From Eledone cirrhosa (taxonomy: Eukaryota), in NCBI GenBank assembly GCA_964016885.1, contig OZ024740.1:37138001-37202000 (forward strand): a DNA stretch of 64,000 nt, in the 5' to 3' direction. The notes under the pieces were generated by a model that searched no databases, was not told the origin of the DNA, and saw nothing but the letters and a program-made list of their open reading frames with translations. The translations under genes and the position numbers were made by a program. Shown piece after piece: positions 22,980-36,900 of the stretch (within the stretch, counting starts at the first letter, position 1; each line of letters starts with the position of its first letter).

Positions 22980-25045
22980 TGGGATACAACAAGCAAAATA
23001 TTTGTATAACTGATATAAAGCGCTCAAAGTGCTTTCCACTTTGATAAATCTGATGCAAAAGAGAATATTTCCAATGTTGATAGAATCTTCAAATGTAAAA
23101 AGAATCCACCTTCCAACAAACTACTAATGGATTTTGAAAATGAAATGCTCTCTATCATTCAAAGCATTAAATTTAAAAAAAAAAATTCATAGGCCAGGAT
23201 TACCTAAGAAATCTCAAAAATAATATAGAAAGCTTTGAAAAAACGGAAAAAATTTTAGTCAAGTCAGATAAAACCAACAATCTCTATGGAATACAAAAGG
23301 ATATTTATAGCGATCTTATATTAAAGGAATTAAGGAAGAAATACAAAATAAAACAACCTATGATGACCACGAAAAATTGAATACAGAAGCTTCTTACATA
23401 ATGCAGGAATTAGGTATTGAAAATAGGACACAACCCTTCATGCCAAGGAAACCAAAAATTAATATCAAGGACCATAAAAGGAATTTTGAAATTGAATTAC
23501 CAGTTAGATTAATTGCACCATCTAAATCGGACCTTGGTATACTTAGCAAGGACATTTTAGACAGAATCATACCACAAATTAAAGAATTATCTTATTTAAA
23601 ATTATGAAAGGAACTAACAATTGGATATTGCTAATTATTACTCATCCAACACTCCTAATTTACTTAATAAAGCCCTAACATATGCATTTAAACATACAGA
23701 CTTAACTAGTAATGAAATGCGCATTACCTTAACTGCACGGAAAACATTAACTAAATTTAACAACCACCTCTGGACTAGAGCAGACAGAGATAATAATTTC
23801 GATATCACTATGGGGTCATCTGATTCCGCCCAAATAACGGATCTTGTGGGGCTTTTTATTAATAATACTCTACATAGGAAATTACCGGAGATGACCGGAG
23901 GTTTATATCGCGACGATATGCTATTACTTATAGAAAATAATAATAACTGTGAAATAAATAGGAAAAGAAAAGAAATTATACTATTTTTTAATTACCTTAA
24001 TCTTAAGGTAGAAATAAAGAATAATAATAAAATAGTTAACTTTCTAGATGTAACTTTAAACCTTAACACAGGTCTTTATTATCCATTTCACAAAATAAAC
24101 GAGAACTTAAACTACGTTAATTTTAATTCCAATAACCCCAGATCCGTTAAAAACACTATAGTAAACTCTGTGCAGCAACGTATTTCTAGAAGTTCAGCTA
24201 ATAAGAATATTTTTGAGGATAAAGCGCAATATTATAACGAAGTGTTGGGTAGAGCTGGATATAGTAATAAAATTAAATACATTGATAGTAATGATATGAC
24301 AAATAACCATAATTTTAACAACTATAATAGAAAACCTTACAATAATTCGAACAAAAAAAGAAATAGAACTAGAAATATATTATGGTTCGCTCCTCCTTTC
24401 TCATTAAGTATTAAAACTCCTATTGCTAAATTGTTCTTTAAAGCTCTAGATAAATGCTTCCCTAGAACACATAGGTATTACTCAATATTTAATAGACATA
24501 CTATAAAAGTAACGTATTCAACCACCAGTAATTTAGCGCAGAATATTAATAGAATTAACAATAGAAACTTAAAACCTAACCAGAATACCATTAATAACCC
24601 CAGCAATATCCAACTGAATAATACGGCACATAGAAACTCAAATTTTGATAAATGTAACTGTAGAAATAAATCTAACTGTCCGTTAAATAACAATTGTTTA
24701 GTTAAAAATATAGTATATAATTGTAATGTAAAAACTAATTTAAATTCATTTAATTACGTAGGCTCTACCTCCACAGATTTTAAGTTCCGTTTAATAACCA
24801 TAAATGCTCTTTTACGAATATAAATAAAAAATCTTCAACTTCTCTATCTAATTTACTATGGAACCTAAAATCAAAGAACACTAACTATTCTTTACTTTGG
24901 AATATTATCTCCAAAGCTCCTCCATTCAATGCTTGTTCTGAAAATTATGTTCTTTGTATAGAGGAAATATTCTTTATATTAAAAAGTAAGAATTCTGTTA
25001 ATTTAAGAAATAATCTTTTTAGTTCTTGCAAACATAGATTGAACT
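22980..25045 (+). mobile_element. Penelope-like element, RT + GIY-YIG, Naiad-like, decayed
   Basis: KSDKTNN, IKDHK, RLIAPSKSDLG, ITMGS, LYRDD, NFLDV, IxWFxPPFS, CNCRxxxxCPLxxxCL, IVY...YVGST...FKFR; ORFs 23377-23607 and 23621-24823. Confidence 0.85.
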
Positions 25046-25384
25046 CAACGTTTAAATATATATATAAAATGTAATACATAACTCATCTTTATTAAACCTA
25101 TCGATAATTCATTAGATTCCTTCATATGACTGCTTATAACTCTCTTAAACAGATTTTTTCTTGAAAAACTTTTCTTGGTAAACGTACTGAAAGATTTGAA
25201 GAAGGAGTTTTTTCTGAAAATTCCTATGATGGGTACAAAGAAATTATAATTCATAATTCATATTTTATACTGTGTATTTTATTTTCTATATTCTTATATT
25301 TTTTTAAAATTATAATTCATTTTTTAAATTATAATTCATATTTTATATTGTATTTTTTGTATTTATGTATTTTTCAAATGCTTA

Positions 25385-25543
<159 letters not shown>

Positions 25544-26658
25544 AAAATGTTTATATATATATATATATATATTAAATTTATACTTTAAATATATTCTATA
25601 GATATACTCTTATGAAAGAGTTTTTTTATGGTTTTATGCTTTGGATATATTCCTATGAAAGAATTTTTAAATATTAACACGTTATAGCAAACAAATTTAT
25701 GTTTTTAACAGTCATAACATAACTGTATAACAGGTAGAGTTATAAAATTATAACTTGCTATAAAATAACATAAGATTCATACTCTAATTACATTATTAAG
25801 ATGGAAAATTTAATTTTTTAACATCTTAACTTTATAGCATTTAATCCTTAGAGCTATCTAAATTATTAATAAATCGCTAGCAATTTCCTTTACGCTATAC
25901 TGCTATTACAAATAAGGGATTATTCTTCTGTAAACTCTCGGAATTTCCATGAGCTTAGAAATATTCTGATATTTTAAACTTACAAATTTTTTAAAATAAT
26001 TAATTAATAATTAATAAAATTATATATGGTTTTGTAATAATAACATATTTTCTAATAATATATATTTTAATAATATATATTCTTTAATAATATATAGGTC
26101 TCAACTTTAATAATCTAACATACACATTTAAACATTTAAACTACGGATTGAATTGATAAATTTTTAATTAAGCATTTAATCAAATTTATTAATTAAACAT
26201 TAGATAAAATTCTTCAATTATCTTTATTATTGTTTATCCATGTTACGGTATTCATCCACGCTATATTTATTTCTTCGCCTCTTCTCTCAAAATTACGCTA
26301 TTCTCTCTCACTTAAATATACTCAGGTTTATTTCTCTTTCTTTCTTTCGTTTTTTCTCGTTTTTCTCTTTCTTTCTTTTTTTCCCTATTCCAACGGCTTA
26401 ATTTAAATATACTGTTATTTAAACCTTTCCGACACTAATTTGCATAATAAACTAACAATAAATCTAATAACTCCACTATCCAGGAGATTCCAACCAGAAT
26501 GGTTGCATTTTTTCAGGGTATGTCAATATTTATTTATAAAACTAACCTATATTATATTTTATCGGATAAAAGCGCACCATAGTTTGCCTTGGTGGCCCTT
26601 GAAATATGTATAATGAAATAAATATGGTTTTATAAATATAGTTTCCATTTGTTAATAT

Positions 26659-26727
<69 letters not shown>

Positions 26728-26730
<3 letters not shown>

Positions 26731-27321
26731 ATATTTTCTTTAGGTCGTTTTGGAAGTCTCAACAATGCAGATGGGTAATTCTCCGGGTAACGAGATCCGG
26801 TGGTGAAGAGAGATATGTAAGAGAATGTAGAATGAGATGTATAGTGTGTAGAAGAACGTAGGAAAGGGCGTAAAAAATAAAAATAATAACACGAGATAGA
26901 GTTACCTTGGGAGAGAATTAATTGTCCCTATATATTTCGGATTAACATCCATCAACTGGGTGATTTTTCCGGGGGGGGGAGGTTATCTGTCGGAAAGGTG
27001 CGAAACGTGTCCTCCGCTGTTCGTTGTTTTGATATTCAGTGGAGGACACGTTTCGCACCTTTCCGACAGGCACCCACCCCGAAAAAAACCCCAGTTGATG
27101 GATGTGAATCCGAAATATATAGGAACAATTAAATCTCTCCCAAGGTAACTCTATCTCGTGTTATTATTTTTATTTTTACGCTCTTTCCTACGTTCTTCTA
27201 CACACTATACATCTCATTCTACATTCACTTACATCTCTCTCTCCACCACCGGATCTCGTTACCCGGAGAATTACCCATCTGCATTGTTGAGACTTCCAAA
27301 ACGACCTAAAGAAAATATATC
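26728..27321. repeat. Large imperfect inverted repeat (arms 26728-27019 and 27037-27321, 17-nt loop) embedded in (TA)n
   Basis: Arms are reverse complements along their length, e.g. GTCGGAAAGGTGCGAAACGTGTCCTCC / GGAGGACACGTTTCGCACCTTTCCGAC. Confidence 0.95.
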
Positions 27322-27339
27322 ATATATATATATATATAT

Positions 27340-27957
<618 letters not shown>

Positions 27958-29873
27958 TGGTACCAACGGAAAAGTTGGCTCCGCGGCTGTGAAGTAAAAA
28001 ATGCATTATTTTGCTTCCCGTGTATGCTGTTTGGAGGTGATGTAACGTGGAGAAAAGACGATTTTAGAAATATAAACAAAATAAAAGAAAAAATTTAAAA
28101 ACATGAGAAGTCAAAGAAACATGTTTAAAATGTGGTTTCACTATCACTTTTAGGAAACGTAATTATTAAGTAGAAACTTAGTTAGGCTTATAGACTTTCA
28201 ATCAATGAGTATAGCATGAAGTTTAAAAAGAACCATGAAATTTTATCCAAAATAATAGAATGTATTTTATTTTGTAGAAACTTTGAAACTCCCTTATGTG
28301 GACATAGTTAAAAAGATGATTCAGTAAATCCAGGGGTGTTTAGAAGATTATTAAATGTTGCATCTAAATTAGATCCAGATTTGAAGAATCCCTTAGAAAC
28401 CAGTAAGGTCTTTAAAGGTGTTTCTAAGACCATTCAGAATGTGTAGCCGTCATCAGTGATGACACAACGGATGTTTCGGAACACACCCAAATGGTCATTG
28501 TTCTACGGTAGGTGTTGAATGAGAAATATTTGAGTGTTTGGGGGGATTCTTTATTCCAGAAAATCAAACTGCAGATGACATATCAGAATGTATTCGAGAG
28601 CAATTAGACATAACCCTTCAAGGAAATGGACAAAAACTGATAGCTCAGACATTTGATGATGCAAATGTCATGAAAAGCAAAAAGAAGAATGAGTTCAAGC
28701 AGTTTATAGTAATGCACATTTCATTCACTGTTATGCACATTAACTTAATTTAATAATGAGAAATGCAGCAAGTATTACATGGACTGCAAGAATATTTTTC
28801 TCTAACATTTTGACTATTCAAACATTCTTGTCAAGAACACCACAATGTATATCCATTCTCAAGAAGCATATGGACGTAATTATTCCACGTCCATATTCTA
28901 CTAGGTGGAACTTTAACATACGGATCATGAACAGAGTTCATGAAAATTTGCAACCTTTAAAATACTGCCTTACTGAAATCCAGTTGACACCAAATGCAAA
29001 TCAAACCATTGCAGAAGTAACACTAATTTTAAATTTCATATTTCGGGTGGATCTTTTTCAACATAGTATGCCTCGTGTTGAAGTAATTTACAACCAAATG
29101 AAATCTCGAGAAATTAGTGTTTAAAGTCAATGCATATATAACAGATTTCAAAACTGCTATTTTAGAAATAAGAAACTCGAAGTATAAGTGTGTAACTGTA
29201 TATGTATTGATAACATGGACAGATATTCTTTCACTAAAAACTTAACAGCTGCTAAATGGTTCAACAAGAAAAGCTTCGCTAATTTTAAGAATGAACTAAC
29301 CACTGAAGCATATCCCATGATTGACAAAGAAAAGCTTGAAATTGAACTAAAAGTATTCTATTGGAGATCCGATGTGCATGAATATTGCAAATTAATTGAG
29401 TTACTGAAATTTATCTTGGAAAATAATCTAAATGGTATTCTTAGTGAAATTACGAAACTGATAAAAATCCTCTTGACAATTCCCATGACTAGATCAGAGC
29501 CAGAACGCTGCTTTTCTACACTGAAAAGAATAAAAACTTTTCTAAGGAGCACTATGAATCCTGAAAGACTAAATGCACTTACAGTGCTTTCAATGGAGAA
29601 ATATTTTCTCAACAGTTGTCCAGGGATCAAGGAGAAAATTATTAACCTTTTCGCTCAAAGTAAAACAAGAAGAATGGATTTCATTATAAAATGAATGGAT
29701 CAAGCTTGAACTGTAATAATTTATGAGTAAAAAATATTTTTTTCGTTTAGGATTATATCAAGTTTATGTATAAATTTTCATTTTATGTTTGTTTCGTTTT
29801 ACACAATATCAACACAATGGCTAAAACCTTCTGAAGCAGCATCCCCACTAATTTTAGCAACGAGACGCCACTG
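27958..29873 (+). mobile_element. hAT DNA transposon relic (ZMYM1-like transposase), 5' part lost at the Helitron
   Basis: WYQRKSWL...FCFPCMLF (TTF zinc finger), DDTTD, QTFDDANVM, STRWN, LTIPMTRSEPERCFSTLKRIKTFLRSTM (hAT dimerisation); TIR-like end CGCCACTG at 29866-29873. Confidence 0.88.
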
Positions 29874-29879
29874 CTTATC

Positions 29880-30733
29880 ACCATTAATTGTCTCGGCTGA
29901 GTTCAACACTTCATAATAGACAGCACTTTTCATACCCCACGAAACACAGAGCATAACTTTTTCTGGGTGTAATCGGGATTTGGGTGTGGTTACCTCTTTT
30001 CATTGGGTGATAGCCATTGTTTTCTTTGGATATTATTATACAGTACCCATTTTTCATCACTGATTCTTATTCTTCCCAGAAAGGGGCCATTAGCAAGTCT
30101 ACTCTTTAGTGAAGAGCAAAGGGAAATTCTTTGATCGAGTTGAATAACAATCAGATTATATGGCACCCACTGGACAAGTTTAGACATCGTTCCCTATTCG
30201 TGCAGGTGATTTACAATAGTCTTGTGATATGTACTGCACACATTTGCCAATTCTCGTACAGTTTGCTTAGGATTTTCTTCCATCACAGTCAGTAAAAGCT
30301 CGAGATCGAGAGAACTTGGTCACCCTGATCGAGGGAAATCACAGAGGTAAAAGTCTCCTGATCGAAATTGTTTTAATCATTGTTGGCATGTTCGGACAGT
30401 TGGAGCTTCATTTTTATAAGAGCAATGAATATTCCTTGCCGCGTCTGTTGCTGAGGGACCCTTTTTGTATTCATGTAGCATACACTGTCTTATATACGCT
30501 TAATCAGTATTCTAGAGGAGTAAAATTGCATAATCTTAACCGATATAACATTAAATTAATCTGAAAAAAGAACAAGAAAAACATAAGAACAAAAACCGAG
30601 AAGTTTATATTGCAGTCAATATTGAAAAAGTGTCTTCAAAAAGTACTAGTAATGTACTGGGTAATTGCTGGCCTTCTGCCTAAAGTAGAAACAATTATCT
30701 CTAAAATGTGACAGAACTTTCTATCCGGCCTAT
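29880..30733 (-). mobile_element. mariner transposon relic, with a SINE tail fragment (+ strand) at about 30640-30698
   Basis: WVPYNL and ISDEKWVLYNN motifs (ORF 29990-30187), KVMLCV downstream; TIR-like TAATAGGCCGGATAGAAAGTTC at the right end. Confidence 0.78.

Positions 30734-30737
<4 letters not shown>

Positions 30738-30809
<72 letters not shown>
30738..30809. repeat. (TAA)24 microsatellite
   Basis: Direct read. Confidence 0.97.
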
Positions 30810-30810
<1 letters not shown>

Positions 30811-32751
30811 GATTTTCAAAATATCCCCCGTTGTCAGGAGGTTTTTGTCATTCAGTATGAGGACATGGAGAACGACACTCCTTTTGAATAGTGGAACAAA
30901 ATCACTGGAAGCTGGAGAAGTTAACATTAATTGTGGAATTTTTCAGGGTGACTCTTTATCACCGCTTTTATTCTGCATCGCACTTATACCATTAAGTAAA
31001 ATGCTCAATGAAACAAAACATGGATATAGAGTCTATGACAAAACCATTAATCACCTGTTCTACATGGATGACCTGAAACTATTTGCAAAAAATGATGAAC
31101 AATTGCAAGGGCTATTATCCACTGTGAAGCAGTTCAGTGATGACATTAAAATGGAGTTTGGACTGGATAAATGCGCCAAAGCAACGTTCACCAGAGGAAA
31201 GCTGCTGAAGAGTTCAGACATTAATCTTGATCGGGGGAACGTGATAAGAGAGCTTGATCAAGAACAAACTTACAAATATCTAGGTGTTTGTGAAGGAGAC
31301 GGAATCAAGCACTCGACAATGAGGGAAAGGATAAGGAAGGAATGTTACCGCAGAGTCAGAGCAATCTTAAGAACGGAATTGAATGCAAGGAATAGGATCG
31401 ATGCCATAAACACGCTTGCCATACCAGTAGTAACCTACAGTTACAATGTCATCAACTGGTCAAGCACAGAGATCCGTAGGCTCGATACAAAAATCCGAAA
31501 ATTCTTAACCATGCACAGAATGCATCACCCTAAGGCAGACATAGATAGAATATATCTCCCTAGGAAAGAAGGAGGACGTGGGTTAATCCAGTTAGACATT
31601 GCGTTGAAAACTGCAACAATTGGATTATCCACATATCTAAGGGAATCACATGATTGGATGATCAAACTCGTTTTGAAACACGAAAGCACCAAAAGATCAT
31701 ATTCCATTACAAAAGATGCACAAAGATACAATAATGGACTACACATTTCAGAAGTCCCATTTACTACTGAAATGGAAAACACAGAAAAAGCAAAGCAGGT
31801 AAAAGTAACTGCAAAGAAAGAACTGCTACAGAAACTGGCTAAGAAAAGGCAAGAAAAGCCTCTGTATGGAAAATACCCAGAGCGAGCTAACAATCCTGAT
31901 GTTGACAAAACTTTAACCCATCAGTGGTTGGCATCCTCTGGACTGAAATCGGAGACTGAAGGACTGATTATATCCGCACAAGATCAGTGTCTGCCAACAA
32001 AAAATTACCAAGCCAACATAATAAGAAATGGGTGCAGCCCATTATGCCGTGTATGCAAAAAACAACCAGAGACCATTGACCATATAATTTCAATGTGCAG
32101 TCCTATAGCTCCAACCGAATACCTAAACAGGCATGACAGAGCTGCACAATACATACATTGGATAATGTGTAAGCATTTTGACCTGCCCCATCAAAAGAAT
32201 TGGTGGGAGCATCAACCACCTCCCATACTTGAAAAAGATCACATCGCAATCTTGTGGAACTTTAGCATCCAAACAGACCGAAAAATAGATGCAAATAGAC
32301 CTGATATAATATTGAAGGACTTTCAAAGGAGGGTATGCCTGCTAATTGATATGTCTGTTCCAATAGACAAGAATGTATCTATAAAAACATTTGAAAAATT
32401 GAGCAAGTATAAGGACCTGGAGATAGAAATTGGAAAAATGTGGAAATTGAGAACTAAAACAATACCAGTGGTTGTAGGCGCTCTGGGAATGATACCTAAG
32501 GGGTCTAACGACTACGTATCGCAAATCCCAGGAAACCCGCGTATAGGAGAAATACAAAAGATAGTACTAATGGGAACTGCCCATATACTAAGGAAGATCC
32601 TGTCAATATAAGTACATCACAAGTCTAAACACTAAGGATGCATGTGTGAATATGTATGTTCTTTCTTGAACATGGCGGACCTTGTTGTCTCTTGAGGTCA
32701 CTGGTTGTGACTTGGTGATAACTCGTATAAACATAAAGCAAGATAAATGCA
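30810..32751 (+). mobile_element. R4/Dong-clade family D copy D1, 5'-truncated
   Basis: AAT repeats on both sides; 140-bp 3'UTR ending AAGATAAATGCA. Confidence 0.93.
30845..32611 (+). CDS. D1 partial RT-CCHC-RLE, open to the natural stop (N-terminus missing)
   Basis: [43 protein letters not shown]...IDMSVP...EKLSKY. Confidence 0.85.
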   Translation: MSFSMRTWRTTLLLNSGTKSLEAGEVNINCGIFQGDSLSPLLFCIALIPLSKMLNETKHGYRVYDKTINHLFYMDDLKLFAKNDEQLQGLLSTVKQFSDDIKMEFGLDKCAKATFTRGKLLKSSDINLDRGNVIRELDQEQTYKYLGVCEGDGIKHSTMRERIRKECYRRVRAILRTELNARNRIDAINTLAIPVVTYSYNVINWSSTEIRRLDTKIRKFLTMHRMHHPKADIDRIYLPRKEGGRGLIQLDIALKTATIGLSTYLRESHDWMIKLVLKHESTKRSYSITKDAQRYNNGLHISEVPFTTEMENTEKAKQVKVTAKKELLQKLAKKRQEKPLYGKYPERANNPDVDKTLTHQWLASSGLKSETEGLIISAQDQCLPTKNYQANIIRNGCSPLCRVCKKQPETIDHIISMCSPIAPTEYLNRHDRAAQYIHWIMCKHFDLPHQKNWWEHQPPPILEKDHIAILWNFSIQTDRKIDANRPDIILKDFQRRVCLLIDMSVPIDKNVSIKTFEKLSKYKDLEIEIGKMWKLRTKTIPVVVGALGMIPKGSNDYVSQIPGNPRIGEIQKIVLMGTAHILRKILSI

Positions 32752-32814
<63 letters not shown>

Positions 32815-32940
32815 AAGAAGAAGAAGAAGAAGAAGAAGAAGAAGAAGAAGAAGAAGAAGAAGAAGAAGAAGAAGAAGAAGAAGAAGAAGAAGAAGAAGAA
32901 GAAGAAGAAGAAGAAGAAGAAGAAGAAGAAGAAGAAGAAG
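32752..32940. repeat. Compound microsatellite (AAT)11(AAG)52
   Basis: Direct read. Confidence 0.97.
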
Positions 32941-33451
32941 CACGTGGTGGATAGAAGGTCATGAAATCGCTCCCGTAAGTTTTTGATTTTTAACATATTT
33001 AAATCAATTGTGAAATAACAATTCTTAGTAAGTACAAATGATACATAAAGCATCCGACTCAAGTCTCAGAAAAATTCGGATCCATAATATATTTTTATAT
33101 CGCTCAAATATTCAATTTTGTATTATACATTTTATATTAAAAAAAGAAAATGGTTATAAATGGAAGAAAACCACCTCTGTCTACACTATATATAACAGCC
33201 AAATAACAGCAATTTCACCAACACCAGAAACTAGATACACCACCTACCCCATCACCCCTCTGTGTACACTAAATACAACAGCCAGATAATGGCAATTTCA
33301 CCACCACCACCACCAATCTCAGCATAATAATAATAATTACTATTATTATTGTCTCAAGTTTTAACAAAATGTTTAATTCCAATATTAAGATAATATGTCA
33401 ACACATATATTAAGCATACGCGACAAACGCATAGATACACAGATCAAACAA

Positions 33452-33512
33452 AACTACAGTCTATTCAACAAAACACAGTCTATTCAACAAACTACAGTCT
33501 ATTCAACAAAAC
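33452..33512. repeat. About three tandem copies of a 19-bp unit (ACAGTCTATTCAACAA core)
   Basis: Direct read. Confidence 0.8.
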
Positions 33513-33949
33513 TCAGTAACGACAACACCATCACTATAGTCACCGCCGCCACCACTCCATCCATCATTGCCACCACTATCACATCACCGCCGCCACCACT
33601 CCTTCATTGCTACCACCACTATTCCCCCATTACCTTCTGTTAACTTAAGAAAGGGGAAGGTGGCGGTATCACTAGACAAGGGAGAGGCTAGCAAAAGATA
33701 TAAATAGATTGACTTAGTGACCCGGCCACCGGCCAAACGTCAACGACTATGGCACTGCTGGCTCCCCCCTTCCCCACCAAAAATATAAAAAGCCCCAGCA
33801 CCACCACCGACATAGCCAACAACAATAACAGGCAACTTCAGCAAAAAGTATTTTATATTATTAATAATTTCATTCTTAAGCCACGCAATGCTCACATTAA
33901 GGAACCACTCATGATAATAACAATTTAAAAAACAACAAAAAAGAAAACT

Positions 33950-36900
33950 CCGTGACCAAGAAATACCGGGATGGTGGCCGGCGGGGAGTAGCCGTGTCTC
34001 TAGGGGAGGACGACCCCTCTAGATTTGGTTGACACTCGTCCTAGAAGTGGTAACACGAAATGATTACCCCTTGGCGGATAAGGATAAAACGCGACAAAAT
34101 AAAGTAAATGTCTAATGATAAAATCTCATACCGGATCGGCCGTCACCCCGGTCAAAAAGGGCCACGTCCCTCAGAGAGGAACCAGACTGGGGTCGAAAAA
34201 TCAGCTAATGGTTCAAACCTTCCCATCACTTCGGAGCTGGAGACCTCCCATAACCGGAATACTCCTACTGTTGGCCCTCCATGCTCACCAACAAGAAATC
34301 AAAAGAAAAAGAGAGAAAAATGGTCAAGGGAAGATAATAAAGAAGTCCTTGAGGCTTTCTACACTGCCATGTACTACCCATCAAATACATCGAATACAGA
34401 ACAGACATATATCAACTGGAAAAAGAAACATCCCGAAAACAGAGGCTATATTGACAGTAACAAACTAGCCAATATACGAAGAAATATTGTAAAAAAAAGT
34501 TACTAACTGATATAGAAATTGATCAGATCAAGCTATTAGCACAAAGTCAGCGAAAGGAAAATGAAACATGTGTCAGTGAAAACGAGGTAAATTGTAACAC
34601 TTCGAATACCAGGGTTGGTGCGGAATCACTGACAACAGAACAAATTAAAGAAAGGATCGAAAAAGTAGAGGGAGTGCATGCTCAAAATGAAACTCAAAAT
34701 GAAAACAATGAGATCGTAAATGATAAAGAAATGAATGAGAATGAACTTGCCAACTTGAAGGATTAAATTATGATCGAATGGATGAAAATGAAAGAATCTG
34801 ACATGGGGGAACGAGACACCCTGCCTAAGATCCAGAACTCCAAACAGAACCAAAAGAGAATACACAAGACTAACATAATTCTCAAAAACATTATCATCAC
34901 AAACAAACTAAACATTACTGATTTAAATCATCTCTATTATGCATCGGCTAAAGTCACCACTCACTTATGTGGAGTGAGGATGAAAAAACAAAGGAATTCC
35001 CACAAAAAATCTACTTGGCAAGAGAACATTAATCGACAAATAAACCTTCTCCGATCTGACATATTAATTTTAACAAACTATAAAGTAGGTGAACATGCTA
35101 AACAAACTAAACTTAGAAAATTGAAAAGAAAGTACAGTATAAAATCAACAAGTGACATAGACATGCTGATAGAAATAATCAAGCAAAAAGTGTCGGCCAA
35201 AGCTGCTCGTATAAGGCGCTTTGAAAAACGATCTAGATTCTATAAGGACAATAATATGTTCAAAAACAACCAAAGAAACTTCTACAGAAAAAATTGGTAC
35301 GTCAACAATAACTGCTAAATCAATACCACCCAAGGAGGAAGTGCAAGAATTCTGGGAAAAGATCTGAGCCGAAGAAAAAATTCATAATATACATGCCCCA
35401 TGGATAGACAGACAAATGAAAGATACAGCTCACCTTGAGAAAAAAATATGGGAAAATATAACAGTTGAACAGTTGCGTTTGGCTCTAAGAAAAACCAACA
35501 AATAGAAATCCCCAGTAAAAGACAAAATACAAACTTTTTGGATAAATGCCTTCACAGAGTCTCATGAGCTGTTAGCCCAACTTTTACAGACCGATAACTT
35601 GCTTGACCACAATGTATAAAATTTTAACATCAGTCCTAACTGAATATACATATGACCACCTGATAACAAATGACCTATTTCCCATTGAGCAGAAAGGGTG
35701 TAAACGAGGCTCATATAGCTGTAAGGATAAGCTTTTGGTTAACAAAATGATACTGGAAGATTGTCATAATAGACACAAAAATCTATCAATTGCTTGGATA
35801 GATTATAAAAAAGCATTCGATAGTTTGCCACATAGTTGGATTGAAAAATGTTTAGAGATTTTCAAAATATCTCCCGTTGTCAGGAGGTTTTTGTCATTCA
35901 GTATGAAGACATGGAAAACGACACTCCTTTTGAATAGTGAAACAAAATCACTGGAAGCTGGAGAAGTTAATATTAATTGTGGAATTTTCCAGGGTGACTC
36001 TTTATCACCGCTTTTATTCTGCATCGCCCTTATACCATTAAGTAAAATGCTCAATGAAACAAAACATGGATATAAAGTCAATGACAAAACCATTAATCAC
36101 TTGTTCTACATGGATGACCTGAAACTATTTGCAAAAAATGATGAACAATTGCAAAGGCTATTATCCACAGTGGAGCAGTTCAGTGATGACATTAAAATGG
36201 AGTTTGGACTAGATAAATGAGCCAAAGCAACGTTCACCAGAGGAAAGTTGCTGAAGAGTTCAGGCATTAATCTTGATCGGGAGAATGTGATAAGAGAACT
36301 TGATCAAGAGGAAACTTACAAATATCTAGGTGTTTGTGAAGGAGACGGAATCAAGCACTCGACAATGAGGGAAAGGATAAGGAAGAAATGTTACCGCAGA
36401 GTAAGAGCAATCTTAAGAACGGAATTGAATGCAAGGAATAGGATAGATGCCATAAAGACGCTTAACCATGCACAGAATGCATCACCCTAAGGCAGATACA
36501 GATAGAATATATCTCCCTAGGAAAGAAGGAGGACGTGGATTAATCCAGTTAGACATTGCGTTGAAAACTGCAACAATTTGATTATCTACATATCTAAGGG
36601 AATCACATGATTGGATGATCAAACTCGTTTTGAAACACGAAAGCATCAAATGATCATACTCCATTACAAAAGATGCACAAAGATACAGTAATGGACTACA
36701 AATTTCAGAAGTCCCATTTACTGCTGAAATGGAAAACACAGAAAAAGCAAAGCAGGTAAAAGTAACTGCAAAGAAAGAACTGTTACAGAAACTGGCTAAG
36801 AAATGGCAAGAAAAGCCTCTGTATGGAAAATACCCAGAACGAGCTAACAATCCTGATGTTGACAAAACTTTAACCCATCAGTGGTTGGCATCCTCTGGAC

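Noticed and set aside
23600-23612. Selenocysteine TGA in the Naiad-like PLE
   Set aside because: The TGA sits at a probable Trp position next to a deletion; the CNCR...CPL...CL cysteines are ordinary TGT codons
26563-26610. Hammerhead ribozyme downstream of the Naiad-like PLE (CGGATAA...GAAATATGTA)
   Set aside because: Two core mismatches to CTGANGA and no convincing stem I; at most a decayed relic
32941-33950. Coding gene or long 5'UTR of D2 in the C/A-rich interval
   Set aside because: Only short low-complexity ORFs and no second copy in the window to define it; left unassigned
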